A stretch of 64,000 nucleotides of DNA, from positions 123,813-187,812 of the forward strand of contig DAOQWY010000004.1 of assembly GCA_035342335.1 (NCBI GenBank), in the 5' to 3' direction. The notes under the pieces are model-generated. The model did no database searches and was not told where the DNA came from. It was given only the letters and a program-made list of their open reading frames with translations. Of this stretch, positions 37,601-47,507 are shown piece after piece. The position numbers were made by a program, and so were the translations under genes. How positions within the stretch are numbered: the first letter of the stretch is position 1; the number at the start of each line of letters is the position of its first letter. Source of the stretch: Bacteroidales bacterium (lineage in GTDB: Bacteria > Bacteroidota > Bacteroidia > Bacteroidales > JAGONC01).

Positions 37601-37829
37601 GATCGAGAAAGCTAACCGGATGAACGAGATCCTGCTCAATAATCACGAAGGGAATATCATCTATTACCAGTCACTTTCCGGCAAGTTCGCTGAATATTAT
37701 TCAGAAGACCAGGAACAGGCGTTCATGGTCTTGAACCGCCTGGCGGAGCTTGCCCGTGAATATGACCAGAAAGAACTTGCCGACCGTATCGATGGGGTCA
37801 TAAAATACCGGCTGGAACTTTTTAAGTAA
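34605..37829 (+). CDS. DUF2723-family polytopic membrane protein (GT-C-like putative glycosyltransferase)
   Basis: 1074 aa with many TM helices. The N-terminal motif is [30 protein letters not shown]. Confidence 0.85.
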   Translation: [1074 protein letters not shown]

Positions 37830-38619
37830 TTTCCCTGGTATTTCTCTTTTTAGAGCGCCAGACCATGAAGGTCCCCAGCAGTATGAAGGGAATGCTCAGG
37901 GATTGGCCCAGGTTCAGAAGGTACTTTGCCTCAAACTGCACCTGGGGCTCCTTCAGAAATTCGATGAAAAACCGGGACGCAAATATCAAAATCAGAAACA
38001 TCCCAAAAAGAAATCCGGGCCGGGGGTGTCCTCCCTTATGGTCGTAGTGCCATAACAAATAGATAAAGATCAGCAGGTAGGTCAGTGCTTCATAGATCTG
38101 GGTCGGATGACGGGGAACCAGGTTATCCCTGACAAAGATAAATGCCCAGGGCAGGTCAGCTGGCTTGCCAAAGATCTCTGAATTCATCAGGTTTCCGAGC
38201 CTGATCAGTACGCCCGACAGGGCAACAACGATGACAATCCTGTCGAGGGTCCACAGAAAGGTCTGCGAGCTTTTCCTTGAAAAAAGGTAAATGGCCAGGA
38301 TGATCCCAATGGCTGCCCCGTGACTTGCCAGTCCTCCTTCCCATATTTTGAGTATTTCCAACGGATGGCTCAGGTAGTAGGCTGGTTCGTAGAACAGGCA
38401 ATGTCCGAGCCGCGCACCGATGATGGTGCCAACGACCATAAAGGTCGTAAGCCTGTCCAGCTCCTTGACGGGAACACCCTCCTTGCGGAAGAACCGGGCC
38501 ATGATCAGGTACCCAACGTAGAAACCCAGCGCAAAGAGCAATCCGTACCACCTGACCGACAGAGATCCCACGTGAAATATTTCCGGATGGACATTCCAGG
38601 TAATGTAGTTTAAGATCAT
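37822..38619 (-). CDS. lgt: Prolipoprotein diacylglyceryl transferase
   Basis: It has SVRWYGLLFALGF, GARLGHCLFYEP, GGLASHGAAIG, RLGNLMNSEIFGKP and HPTQIYEA. The track start at 38640 is a TTG and the ATG is at 38619. Confidence 0.93.
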   Translation of the reverse strand: MILNYITWNVHPEIFHVGSLSVRWYGLLFALGFYVGYLIMARFFRKEGVPVKELDRLTTFMVVGTIIGARLGHCLFYEPAYYLSHPLEILKIWEGGLASHGAAIGIILAIYLFSRKSSQTFLWTLDRIVIVVALSGVLIRLGNLMNSEIFGKPADLPWAFIFVRDNLVPRHPTQIYEALTYLLIFIYLLWHYDHKGGHPRPGFLFGMFLILIFASRFFIEFLKEPQVQFEAKYLLNLGQSLSIPFILLGTFMVWRSKKRNTREIT

Positions 38620-38733
38620 AAAGCAGAAATCAAAGATCAAAAGTAAAATTTTTTTCTGACCTGGAAATAAACATTACCACGACAGGGTACGTTTCGTGCC
38701 TTTTCCGGATTAACAGGTAAACCCATCCTTTCA

Positions 38734-39834
38734 GTGACCGATTCGCTTGTTTGTCAAATTGCACTAACCCTGGTTCCCGGTGTGGGGGGAGTCAACGGAA
38801 GGAAGCTGGTGGCATACTGCGGCGGAGTGGAGGCTGTTTTCAGGGAAAAGACCAAAGCCCTGCTCAGGATTCCCGGTATCGGCAACACCCTTGCCGGAGC
38901 GTTGCACAGTGCCGATGTGATCTCCCGTGCTGAAAAGGAAGCCCGGTTCGTGGAGAAAAACAGGATAAGGACTGTGTTTTATACGGACAAGGAATATCCC
39001 CGGCGGCTGCACCATTGTGCCGATGCCCCCATGATGCTCTATGTCAAAGGACCGGTTGATCTGAACAACGACAGGATCCTGAGCATGGTCGGTACCCGGA
39101 GCGCCACCGAATATGGAAAAGAGGTGGTCAGTCACCTGATCGATGGCCTGGCTGCATTTAATGTATTGATAGTTAGTGGTTTAGCTTATGGGATCGATTC
39201 CTGTTCCCATAAAGCAGCGCTGTTGAACAACCTGCCGACGGTGGCAGTGCTGGCCCACGGCCTCGACAGGATCTACCCCCAGGCCAACCGGTCACTGGCT
39301 GTCAGGATGATTGAATGGGGAGGACTGGTGACGGAGTTTATAAGCGAGACCAATCCCGATAGGGAAAATTTTCCGAAACGGAACCGGATCATTGCCGGAC
39401 TTGCCGATGCAGTTGTGGTTGTGGAAGCCGGCAGGAAGGGTGGAGCCCTGATCACGGCGGAAATCGCCAATTCGTACAACCGCGATGTGTTTGCTGTTCC
39501 GGGGAGACTATCGGATGAATATTCGGTAGGATGTAACTTCCTGATCAGGACCAATAAAGCTGCCCTGATACAATCAAACGAGGATATCATTTACCTGATG
39601 GGATGGGAAAAATCCGGGGAATTCACCGGCAGCAGGCAGGCATTGCTGTTTCATTCGCTGACACAGGAGGAGGAGATGCTGGTGAAAATCCTGGATGCAC
39701 AGGGGGAATGCACCGTTGATTGGTTGTCGCTGCAATCAGGTCTTACACTGGGGAAAGTGACTTCCCTGCTGCTGACCCTGGAGTTCAAAGGAATCGTTAA
39801 AAGCTTGCCAGGGAAGATTTATAAGATGGGATGA
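38734..39834 (+). CDS. dprA: DNA-processing protein DprA (Smf)
   Basis: 366 aa with MVGTRSATEYGK, SGLAYGIDSCSHKAAL and FPKRNRIIAGLADAVVVVEA. It has a GTG start and a C-terminal wHTH. Confidence 0.9.
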   Translation: MTDSLVCQIALTLVPGVGGVNGRKLVAYCGGVEAVFREKTKALLRIPGIGNTLAGALHSADVISRAEKEARFVEKNRIRTVFYTDKEYPRRLHHCADAPMMLYVKGPVDLNNDRILSMVGTRSATEYGKEVVSHLIDGLAAFNVLIVSGLAYGIDSCSHKAALLNNLPTVAVLAHGLDRIYPQANRSLAVRMIEWGGLVTEFISETNPDRENFPKRNRIIAGLADAVVVVEAGRKGGALITAEIANSYNRDVFAVPGRLSDEYSVGCNFLIRTNKAALIQSNEDIIYLMGWEKSGEFTGSRQALLFHSLTQEEEMLVKILDAQGECTVDWLSLQSGLTLGKVTSLLLTLEFKGIVKSLPGKIYKMG

Positions 39835-39876
39835 AGCTTACAGGCTCTGCCTTTTGTATCTTTACATCCTGAATAA

Positions 39877-40809
39877 ATGCAGATGGAAGGGCTCGTTACA
39901 AAATCCACCGGCAGCTGGTATCTGGTCCGTTTACCCGACGGCACACATCTTTCCTGCACACTCAGGGGAAACCTCCGCCTTCGGGGGATCAAGACCACCA
40001 ATCCCGTTGCCGTGGGCGACAGAGTGGAGGTGGAATATTCCAGCGACAGAGGAGTTGGCGTGATCAGGGATATCCTTAAAAGGCACAATTATATCATCCG
40101 GAAATCAACCAAATTATCAAAGATATCCCACATCATCGCTGCCAACATAGACCAGGCCTTTCTCATTGCCACCCTGGCCCAGCCCCGTACATCCACCGGG
40201 TTTATCGACCGGTTCCTGGTAACGGCGGAAGCCTATCATATTCCGGCCGGACTGATCTTCAACAAGCAGGATCTGTATGATAAGGAACTCCAGCAGCGTC
40301 ACGATGAACTGGTCGCATTGTATTCGCACATAGGCTATGCTTGTTTTGGGACATCTGCCCTGACCGGGGAAGGCATTAGATCGCTGGCCTATGCTCTGCA
40401 GCATAAAACCACCCTTTTTTCCGGTCATTCGGGTGTTGGAAAGTCAGAAATAATCAATGTTCTGGAGCCGGGATTGAAATTAAGGACTGCCGAAGTCTCC
40501 TCCTACCACCTCAAGGGGGTTCATACGACCACTTTTGCAGAGCTTTTTGAGCTCTCCTCCGGAGGATTCATCATTGATACCCCCGGGATCAGGGAATTTG
40601 GGCTGATTGATTTCAAAAAAGAGGAAGTTGCCGAGCGGTTTCCCGAGATGCGTGCTCTGATGCATCAGTGCCAGTTCCATAACTGCACCCACGTCCACGA
40701 GCCCCGGTGCGCTGTCAAAAAAGCCCTGGAGGAAGGAACGATCGATGCCGGGAGGTATCGGAACTATTTACGCATCCTTCAGGGCGACTGGGATGAGATG
40801 ATCATATAA
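39877..40809 (+). CDS. rsgA: Ribosome small-subunit-dependent GTPase RsgA
   Basis: 310 aa with an OB fold, [17 protein letters not shown] and the zinc knuckle [14 protein letters not shown]. Confidence 0.94.
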   Translation: MQMEGLVTKSTGSWYLVRLPDGTHLSCTLRGNLRLRGIKTTNPVAVGDRVEVEYSSDRGVGVIRDILKRHNYIIRKSTKLSKISHIIAANIDQAFLIATLAQPRTSTGFIDRFLVTAEAYHIPAGLIFNKQDLYDKELQQRHDELVALYSHIGYACFGTSALTGEGIRSLAYALQHKTTLFSGHSGVGKSEIINVLEPGLKLRTAEVSSYHLKGVHTTTFAELFELSSGGFIIDTPGIREFGLIDFKKEEVAERFPEMRALMHQCQFHNCTHVHEPRCAVKKALEEGTIDAGRYRNYLRILQGDWDEMII

Positions 40810-40820
40810 ATGTACAGGTT

Positions 40821-41273
40821 ATGCGTGTCGTCATTCAGCGTGTTAAGAATGCTTCCGTGGTGATCAACGGAAAAGTAAAAGGACAGATTGGTCAGGGCCT
40901 GCTCATTTTGCTGGGTGTTGAACCGGCTGACACCCTGGAGGATGCGGAGTGGCTGTGCGGCAAGATCGTACGGCTGAGGATCTTTGATGATCCCGGGGGT
41001 GTGATGAACCTGGCTGTGACCGATGTCCATGGAGAAATCCTGGTCATCAGCCAGTTCACCCTGCACGCCAGCACAAAGAAAGGGAACCGGCCTTCCTATA
41101 TCCGCGCTGCCCGCCCTGAAGTGGCCATTCCGTTGTATGATCACTTCATCCGGACCCTGCAGGGATTGATGGGTACACCTGTCCAAAGCGGGGACTTCGG
41201 AGCCCTGATGCAGGTGGCCCTGGTCAACGACGGACCGGTCACCATCCTGATCGACAGCCGGAACAAAGAATAG
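40821..41273 (+). CDS. dtd: D-aminoacyl-tRNA deacylase
   Basis: 150 aa with MRVVIQRV...SQFTLHA...NDGPVT. Confidence 0.94.
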   Translation: MRVVIQRVKNASVVINGKVKGQIGQGLLILLGVEPADTLEDAEWLCGKIVRLRIFDDPGGVMNLAVTDVHGEILVISQFTLHASTKKGNRPSYIRAARPEVAIPLYDHFIRTLQGLMGTPVQSGDFGALMQVALVNDGPVTILIDSRNKE

Positions 41274-41282
41274 AAGCCAAAA

Positions 41283-43607
41283 TTAAAAGCTATATTTCAG
41301 GCCCAGGCTGGGCATGATAGGTAACTGGTCCACCCGTTCGTTGGTGACACGGTCGATATAAAATACATTATCCCGGTTGTATACGTTGGTGGCTCCCAGG
41401 TTGATCTCCAATTTCGCGTGGTTCCCTATAAAGAAAATCTTTTTGAAGTTGATGTCCAACCGGTGAAAAACCGGTAAACGGCCCTGGTTGACCTCGCCAT
41501 ATTGGATACCCAGGTTTCCGTTTACAGTGGTGTAATCCGTGTTGATCCCATCATAAAACGTTATTTTTTCGTAAAATCCCTGGGTTTCCGTAAACGGGAA
41601 CCCAGTGCCCAGATTCCACCGTGAACTGAATTCCCAGGTTCTGGCCGGACCAAGGGTATACGTCAGAACGAGATTCACATTGTGGCGACGATCATAGTGC
41701 GGGTAGTATCCGATGATGCCGTCATCCAGTTTGATGTATCCCAGTGAGTACACACCCCAGAAATAAAACCGCTCATATTCGGTCTTGACCGAAAAATCCA
41801 TCCCTGTGGCATATCCCTTTTCAATGATGAAATCCTTCTTCAGTTCATCAGGCTTATCCGCATTGTCTTCGGAATCGTCATAGATCTTGTTGCGGTTAAG
41901 ATTGGTCAGCTGGGAGAAGTTTTTATAATATCCCTCCAGGTTAAAGATGATATGCCTTCCCAGGTTATATTCAAATCCAAGGATGGCATGCTGGGCCTTT
42001 TGCAGTTTGTGGTTCACATCCTTGCCGTCGAATTCCTCAGGCAGGTTGTCGGGCCCTGACAGAAATCCGTAGAACAGGTTCACCACGTCGCGGTCCGACC
42101 GGGCACTGATCAGGTTCTGGGAGTATAATCCGCCAGCCAGCTTGATCCTGAAGTCATCCGTGGCATTGTATTTTAAGGCCAGGCGTGGCTCCGGTGACAG
42201 GTCTCCGAGCGATGCATACCATTGGACCCGGAAGCTCGGTTCGATCAGGAACTTCCCTGCGATCATCTTATACTGGATGTAAATTCCCAGTTCAGTGGTG
42301 TTCTCTTTTTGCTCGATCTTGCGGTTGAGGGAGTTGTAAAAATCAAACAATGTTTTAAATCCCATCATCTCAACACCATACTTTATCATATCCTTTCCCA
42401 GCAGATAGGTGAAGTCGAGGCCAAGATTGAATCCGTTGATCTGGCTCGACCGTGTTGGACTGGTACCTTCATCGAGGGTGATCTTATAGTCGGTATAGGC
42501 GATATATCCTTCCATCAAGGCCGGGGATTTCCCCGGAATGACCAGGAAGTTGGTGCCAACGCCATAGGAATCCCAGTGATAATCGGCGATCGACTGATAA
42601 TCATTGACTCTGTCATCATACCGGAAACCAAAAAAATTGACCTTGCTGCCGTTGGCGGCATTCAGCGATATTTTCCCGTAGAGGTCGGTAAAGGTAAAAG
42701 GCAATCCTGCAGAGTCAATATACTGGTAAAATATTTCAGAGGATTTGTCCAGGTAGGAATGACGTCCGGAGAGGATGAAGGAGGAACTTCCCGAGCCGCC
42801 TTCACGTTGTTTTTTAATCGGACCTTCAATGAGCAGTTCTGCGCCGAATGTGCTGGCCCCCACCTTCCCGGCAAACCGTTTTTTATTGCCGTCGCGCGTT
42901 GTGATGTCGATCACCGATGAGATCCTGTCGCCATATTCAGCTCCGAAGCCCCCGGTGAAAACTTCCGTATTCCGGATGATATCCGTTTCGAAGACAGAAA
43001 ACAGCCCAATGGAATGAAAGGGATTATAGATGGTCATTCCGTCAAGGAGCACCTTATTCTGGACAGGTGAGCCTCCCCGGATATAGAGCTGCCCCCCCTG
43101 GTCCCCTGTGAAGATCACCCCCGGAAGCACCTGCAGGTATTGCGCCAGGTCAGGAATTCCACCGATGGAAGGGATCTGGCTGATTTGTTTCGGGGTGATC
43201 TTGATGACCGATACCATGGTCTCTGTTTTTGATTCACTCCGCTCGGCCGTTATGTCAATGCCCTTCAGGACATAGGAAGCCTCCTTCAGATACAACTGTT
43301 TGGTTATTACATCATTGGGTCTGATGGTGACGGGCATGCGCAGTGTGTCATATCCGATGAAGGTCACCATCAAGGTATAATCACCGGGTGGAATGTGGGA
43401 TATGGCAAAGTAGCCATTCTCGTCGGTGGCTCCACCATGGCTTGTCTGATAGAGATAGACATTGGTGTAAATGACGGGTTCCCCGTTGGTTTGATCGTAA
43501 ACGAATCCCCTGATGGTCCCATCCTGGGCTGTAGCTTCCTTTACTGTCAGCTGTAAGACCATCAATAAAAGGAATCCTGAACTGAAAATCTTAACGAGGA
43601 ACTTCAT
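41283..43607 (-). CDS. TonB-dependent outer-membrane receptor with a CarboxypepD_reg-like N-terminal domain
   Basis: It has a signal peptide, the stretch GTIRGFVYD...NGYFAI..PGDYTL, a plug (LQVLPGV...IRGG...LLDGMTIYNP), and a C-terminal ...LGLKYSF. The ATG is at 43607. Confidence 0.88.
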   Translation of the reverse strand: MKFLVKIFSSGFLLLMVLQLTVKEATAQDGTIRGFVYDQTNGEPVIYTNVYLYQTSHGGATDENGYFAISHIPPGDYTLMVTFIGYDTLRMPVTIRPNDVITKQLYLKEASYVLKGIDITAERSESKTETMVSVIKITPKQISQIPSIGGIPDLAQYLQVLPGVIFTGDQGGQLYIRGGSPVQNKVLLDGMTIYNPFHSIGLFSVFETDIIRNTEVFTGGFGAEYGDRISSVIDITTRDGNKKRFAGKVGASTFGAELLIEGPIKKQREGGSGSSSFILSGRHSYLDKSSEIFYQYIDSAGLPFTFTDLYGKISLNAANGSKVNFFGFRYDDRVNDYQSIADYHWDSYGVGTNFLVIPGKSPALMEGYIAYTDYKITLDEGTSPTRSSQINGFNLGLDFTYLLGKDMIKYGVEMMGFKTLFDFYNSLNRKIEQKENTTELGIYIQYKMIAGKFLIEPSFRVQWYASLGDLSPEPRLALKYNATDDFRIKLAGGLYSQNLISARSDRDVVNLFYGFLSGPDNLPEEFDGKDVNHKLQKAQHAILGFEYNLGRHIIFNLEGYYKNFSQLTNLNRNKIYDDSEDNADKPDELKKDFIIEKGYATGMDFSVKTEYERFYFWGVYSLGYIKLDDGIIGYYPHYDRRHNVNLVLTYTLGPARTWEFSSRWNLGTGFPFTETQGFYEKITFYDGINTDYTTVNGNLGIQYGEVNQGRLPVFHRLDINFKKIFFIGNHAKLEINLGATNVYNRDNVFYIDRVTNERVDQLPIMPSLGLKYSF

Positions 43608-43777
43608 CAAATGTCAATTTGAAAGAAGTCACAAAATTATGGATTTTTTGGATTGGAGTTAGGATTCGAACCTTCGAAACATGATATAAAACCGACATTA
43701 TCCTATGAAAAAAAGATTAACTTCGTACGCTTCAATGTATATCGAACTTTATATAGTTTGGATTGTTAATAGATCGT

Positions 43778-45148
43778 ATGAAAGGTAAAAAAATAGCACT
43801 TCAGCAGGGGCGGCTGGTGGTCCCTGATCATCCCATCATTCCGTTCATAGAGGGCGACGGCACCGGTCCTGACATCTGGCGGGCAGCCAGGCGTGTATTC
43901 GATGCGTCGGTGGAGAAAGCTTACAGGGGCCACCGGCAGGTCATCTGGAAGGAGGTTTTCGCGGGCGAGAATTCGTTCAACCGCTTTGGGCAATGGCTCC
44001 CAGCGGAGACTGTTGAAGCCTTCAGGGAACACCTGGTGGGCATCAAAGGTCCCCTGACCACCCCCATAGGGGGAGGCATCCGCTCATTGAACGTCGCTTT
44101 GCGTCAGGAGCTCGACCTTTACACCTGCCTGCGGCCGGTACGGTATATTCCGGGAGTCCCTTCACCGGTGGTCAGACCACAGGATGTGGACATGATCATC
44201 TTCCGTGAGAATACGGAAGATATTTATGCAGGGATCGAGTGGGCGGCGGGTACACCAGAGGTTAAAAAGGTGATTGGTTTCCTTCAGAAGGAGATGGGGG
44301 TTGACCGGATCCGTTTTCCTGAAACCTCCGGTATCGGTATCAAACCCGTTTCCATGGAAGGGACCAAACGGCTGGTCCGTGCTGCGATCCGGTATGCGCT
44401 GGACAACGGAAGAACTTCGGTCACCCTGGTGCACAAAGGCAATATCATGAAGTTTACGGAGGGTGGATTCAAGAACTGGGGATATGAAGTTGCACAGCAG
44501 GAGTACCGGAATCAAACCGTGACCGAACGCGAAAGCTGGATCCTTTCCAACCAGGATGCCAACCCCGGTCTCACAGCGGAACAGAATGCGCAACGGATCG
44601 AGCCTGGATATTACCTGATGACTGATTCCCAGAAGGGTGCTGTGCGCAGGGAGGTGGAACAGGCTCTGACACTGGTGCCCACGCATGGCAATGGCCAGTG
44701 GAAGAGCAAACTGCTGATCCGCGACAGCATTGCCGACATCACCCTGCAGCAGGTTCTCACCAGGGCCACAGAATTCGATATCATCGCCACGCTTAATCTG
44801 AACGGGGATTATTTATCAGATGCCCTGGCCGCACAGGTGGGCGGCATCGGAATCGCACCGGGAGCCAACATCAACTGGGAAAGCGGACACGCCATCTTTG
44901 AAGCCACTCACGGGACTGCACCCAAATATGCCAATCTGGATAAGGTCAATCCCGGCTCGGTGATCCTTTCCGGGGGAATGATGCTCGGTTACCTGGGCTG
45001 GAAGGAGGCTGGAGAAATGATATGGAACGGGCTGGTAAGAACGATTGCACAGAAAAGAGTCACCTACGACTACCACCGGATGATGCCGGAAGCCACCCTT
45101 TTAAAATGTTCCGAATTTGCCTCTGCGATCATCGAAAATATGGAATGA
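43778..45148 (+). CDS. icd: NADP-dependent isocitrate dehydrogenase
   Basis: It belongs to the isocitrate/isopropylmalate dehydrogenase family, with [26 protein letters not shown]. The track start at 43763 is a TTG and the ATG is at 43778 (MKGKKIAL...). Confidence 0.9.
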   Translation: MKGKKIALQQGRLVVPDHPIIPFIEGDGTGPDIWRAARRVFDASVEKAYRGHRQVIWKEVFAGENSFNRFGQWLPAETVEAFREHLVGIKGPLTTPIGGGIRSLNVALRQELDLYTCLRPVRYIPGVPSPVVRPQDVDMIIFRENTEDIYAGIEWAAGTPEVKKVIGFLQKEMGVDRIRFPETSGIGIKPVSMEGTKRLVRAAIRYALDNGRTSVTLVHKGNIMKFTEGGFKNWGYEVAQQEYRNQTVTERESWILSNQDANPGLTAEQNAQRIEPGYYLMTDSQKGAVRREVEQALTLVPTHGNGQWKSKLLIRDSIADITLQQVLTRATEFDIIATLNLNGDYLSDALAAQVGGIGIAPGANINWESGHAIFEATHGTAPKYANLDKVNPGSVILSGGMMLGYLGWKEAGEMIWNGLVRTIAQKRVTYDYHRMMPEATLLKCSEFASAIIENME

Positions 45149-45186
45149 GTTTTTACGTCCGATCATAATCCATCAACCATTGCCTT

Positions 45187-46524
45187 ATGACCATCCTGAA
45201 ACAAAAGTTACGCGAAAAGATTGAAGAATGGAGACCCAGGGTATCCCGCCTGGTTCATGAACATGCCGATGTTGTTGTCGACCAGGTTACGGTCGGACAG
45301 ATCTTCGGAGGAATGAGGGGACTCAAATGCCTGGTGACCGATATTTCCTATCTGGATCCCTTGGAAGGGATCCGGTACCGTGGATTTACGCTGCCCGAGG
45401 TATTCGAAAAACTCCCAAGACCCAAAGGAGCAGAATCCCCTTATGTGGAGGGACTGATCTATCTTTTACTGATTGGTGAAATCCCAACGGAAGAACAGGT
45501 GGAGGACGTGATCGATGAATTTCACAAACGCAGGATCCTGCCCCGCTATGTCTACGACGTCATTGATCAGTTTCCCTGCTGCAGCCATCCGATGACCATT
45601 TTTTCATCAGCGGTGATGACCCTGCAGCGCGAATCGTTTTTTGCAAAAAAGTATGCTGCCGGGTTGAACAAGACCCTCTACTGGGAACCAACCTTTGAGG
45701 ATGCGCTGAATTTGATTGCCAAATTACCGGAAATCGCTACGTACATCTATGCAAAACTCTACCGTGACGGAAAGCGTGTCCAATCGAATCCGGCACTGGA
45801 CCTTGGCGGCAACTTCGCGCACATGATGGGCATTCCGAAGCCCTACGATGATGTTGCCCGTATGCATTTCATCATTCATTCCGACCATGAGAGCGGTAAC
45901 GTCAGTGCGCACACCGGTCACCTGGTGGCCAGCACGCTCGCCGACGTTTACCTTGGTGTATCCGCCATGATCAACGGTCTTGCAGGTCCGCTGCATGGCC
46001 TGGCCAATCAGGAAGTCCTTCGCTGGCTTCACGAGCTGATGGACAGGATGGATCATAAGATACCCACGGAGGACGAGATGAAGCAATATGTTTGGGATAC
46101 CCTGAATGCAGGGATGGTGATCCCTGGGTATGGGCACGCTGTTTTACGGAAGACAGATCCGAGGTTCCTCCTGCAACGCGAGTTTGCCCTGAAGCATATG
46201 GCCGATGATCCCATCTTCAAATACGTTGACCTTCTCTACCGGGTTGCCCCTCCAATCCTGATCGAGCACGGTAAGGCGAAAAATCCCTGGCCGAACGTTG
46301 ACGCCCATTCCGGAGCCCTTCAGTGGTACTATGGGGTTAGGGAGTATGATTTTTATACGGTCCTGTTCGGTATCGGGCGGGCCATTGGGATCTGCGCCAA
46401 TGTGATCTGGGATCGTGCGCTGATGTATCCCCTGGAACGTCCTAAATCCGTTACGACGGCCATGATCGAGGAAATCGTGGCGAAAGCCAAAAAGAAAGAG
46501 CCAGAGCAGGAGGTTGCCTCCTGA
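45187..46524 (+). CDS. gltA: Citrate synthase
   Basis: 445 aa with HSDHESGNVSAHT, PGYGHAVLRKTDPR and NVDAHSG. Confidence 0.92.
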   Translation: MTILKQKLREKIEEWRPRVSRLVHEHADVVVDQVTVGQIFGGMRGLKCLVTDISYLDPLEGIRYRGFTLPEVFEKLPRPKGAESPYVEGLIYLLLIGEIPTEEQVEDVIDEFHKRRILPRYVYDVIDQFPCCSHPMTIFSSAVMTLQRESFFAKKYAAGLNKTLYWEPTFEDALNLIAKLPEIATYIYAKLYRDGKRVQSNPALDLGGNFAHMMGIPKPYDDVARMHFIIHSDHESGNVSAHTGHLVASTLADVYLGVSAMINGLAGPLHGLANQEVLRWLHELMDRMDHKIPTEDEMKQYVWDTLNAGMVIPGYGHAVLRKTDPRFLLQREFALKHMADDPIFKYVDLLYRVAPPILIEHGKAKNPWPNVDAHSGALQWYYGVREYDFYTVLFGIGRAIGICANVIWDRALMYPLERPKSVTTAMIEEIVAKAKKKEPEQEVAS

Positions 46525-46556
46525 CCGCATGGGGCTTGTGAGCTATTTAATGTATC

Positions 46557-46706
46557 GGGGTGTGTTAAAATACATTTTTTTAAACACGAAGGTACTCAAA
46601 GTTCTTCACAAAGGAACACTAAGTTTCTGATATCCAATAATAATACTTGGTGTCCCTTCGTGTAAACCTTCGTGTTCCTTCGTGGTTAAATACTTATGGC
46701 ACACCC
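46557..46706 (+). repeat. Palindromic intergenic element A, bounded by terminal inverted repeats (about 150 nt)
   Basis: It is an imperfect hairpin built from CACGAAGG/CCTTCGTG words. It is roughly 85-90 percent identical by eye to the reverse complement of 49808..49960. It lies between the convergent 3' ends of gltA and acpH. Confidence 0.85.
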
Positions 46707-46733
46707 GTATATTTTACGGTTCTTTCCCCTAAA

Positions 46734-47351
46734 TCAAGGTCCAGGACTTGTACCCGAGTCAATGCCAGTGATCTTTTCGATCTCTTGCCGCGCATAAAGG
46801 ATCAGCTCCGGGAAAAACTCCCGGAATTCATCCCGGAAGGAGTCATAATGGTCGCGAAGATCGCTGACAGCTTTTTCCATTCCCGACCGGTAGGGTGTCC
46901 GGATGGCCATACCCCGGAGGCTTTGCTGGAGGAAATCCAGGTTTGCGTACGAAGCCAGCCAGTCGTCTTCCATCATATACGGAAGAATTCGCTTTGTGCG
47001 AGCGGGTAAAATATCAAAATTCTGCATCAGGATCGCATAGCTTCGAGCCGTAAATTCCGTCAGGTCCTGGAAAGAGTACGCCGACCAGCCTGTGGCCAGA
47101 AAATGGTCATAGAACATATCCGCCACTACACCGGCATATTTATGCTGGTTTCTGTACAGCCTTCTTTTGCTCCTGAGGTATACCGGATGATGGTCCGTAA
47201 ACGAATCGATCCGGCGATGCAGCTGAATGCCCTGCACAATTTCCTCCCTGTAATGATCAAATGCATTTCCGGGAATGTGGTCAGCAATGAAATTCCCTAC
47301 CAGGATATCCGGACGTTCTCCGGATAAGAATGCATGGGCCAGGAAATTCAT
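46734..47351 (-). CDS. acpH: Acyl carrier protein phosphodiesterase
   Basis: 205 aa with the N-terminus MNFLAHAFLSGERPDILVGNFIADHI, typical of AcpH. Confidence 0.85.
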   Translation of the reverse strand: MNFLAHAFLSGERPDILVGNFIADHIPGNAFDHYREEIVQGIQLHRRIDSFTDHHPVYLRSKRRLYRNQHKYAGVVADMFYDHFLATGWSAYSFQDLTEFTARSYAILMQNFDILPARTKRILPYMMEDDWLASYANLDFLQQSLRGMAIRTPYRSGMEKAVSDLRDHYDSFRDEFREFFPELILYARQEIEKITGIDSGTSPGP

Positions 47352-47456
47352 CGTGATTTTTTAAGTGATGAGGGACAAAATTACTTATAATTGGTATAAA
47401 TAAGCTTCCCGGCCGGAAAAGAAAAAGCAGTCCTGGTTCGACTGAAGGATTTTTTT

Positions 47457-47464
47457 TAAATTTG
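47457..47464 (+). promoter_or_regulatory. Candidate -7 box (TAAATTTG) for iorAB
   Basis: It matches TAnnTTTG and lies about 44 nt upstream of the ATG at 47508. Confidence 0.35.
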
Positions 47465-47507
47465 TCTGAAACCATTCCACTTGTTGATTTTTTAACTTTT
47501 TTTTATC

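Noticed and set aside
43640-43670. tRNA-like fragment. The minus strand reads ...TTCGAAGGTTCGAATCCTAACTCCAATCCA, with a canonical GGTTCGAATCC T-loop and a CCA-like end
   Set aside because: No complementary 5' acceptor strand or D and anticodon arms exist within 100 nt, and the T stem pairs poorly (3 bp). It is not a tRNA gene. It could be a relic of an integration att site or a chance match. There is no matching tRNA or integrase in the window to support the first option.
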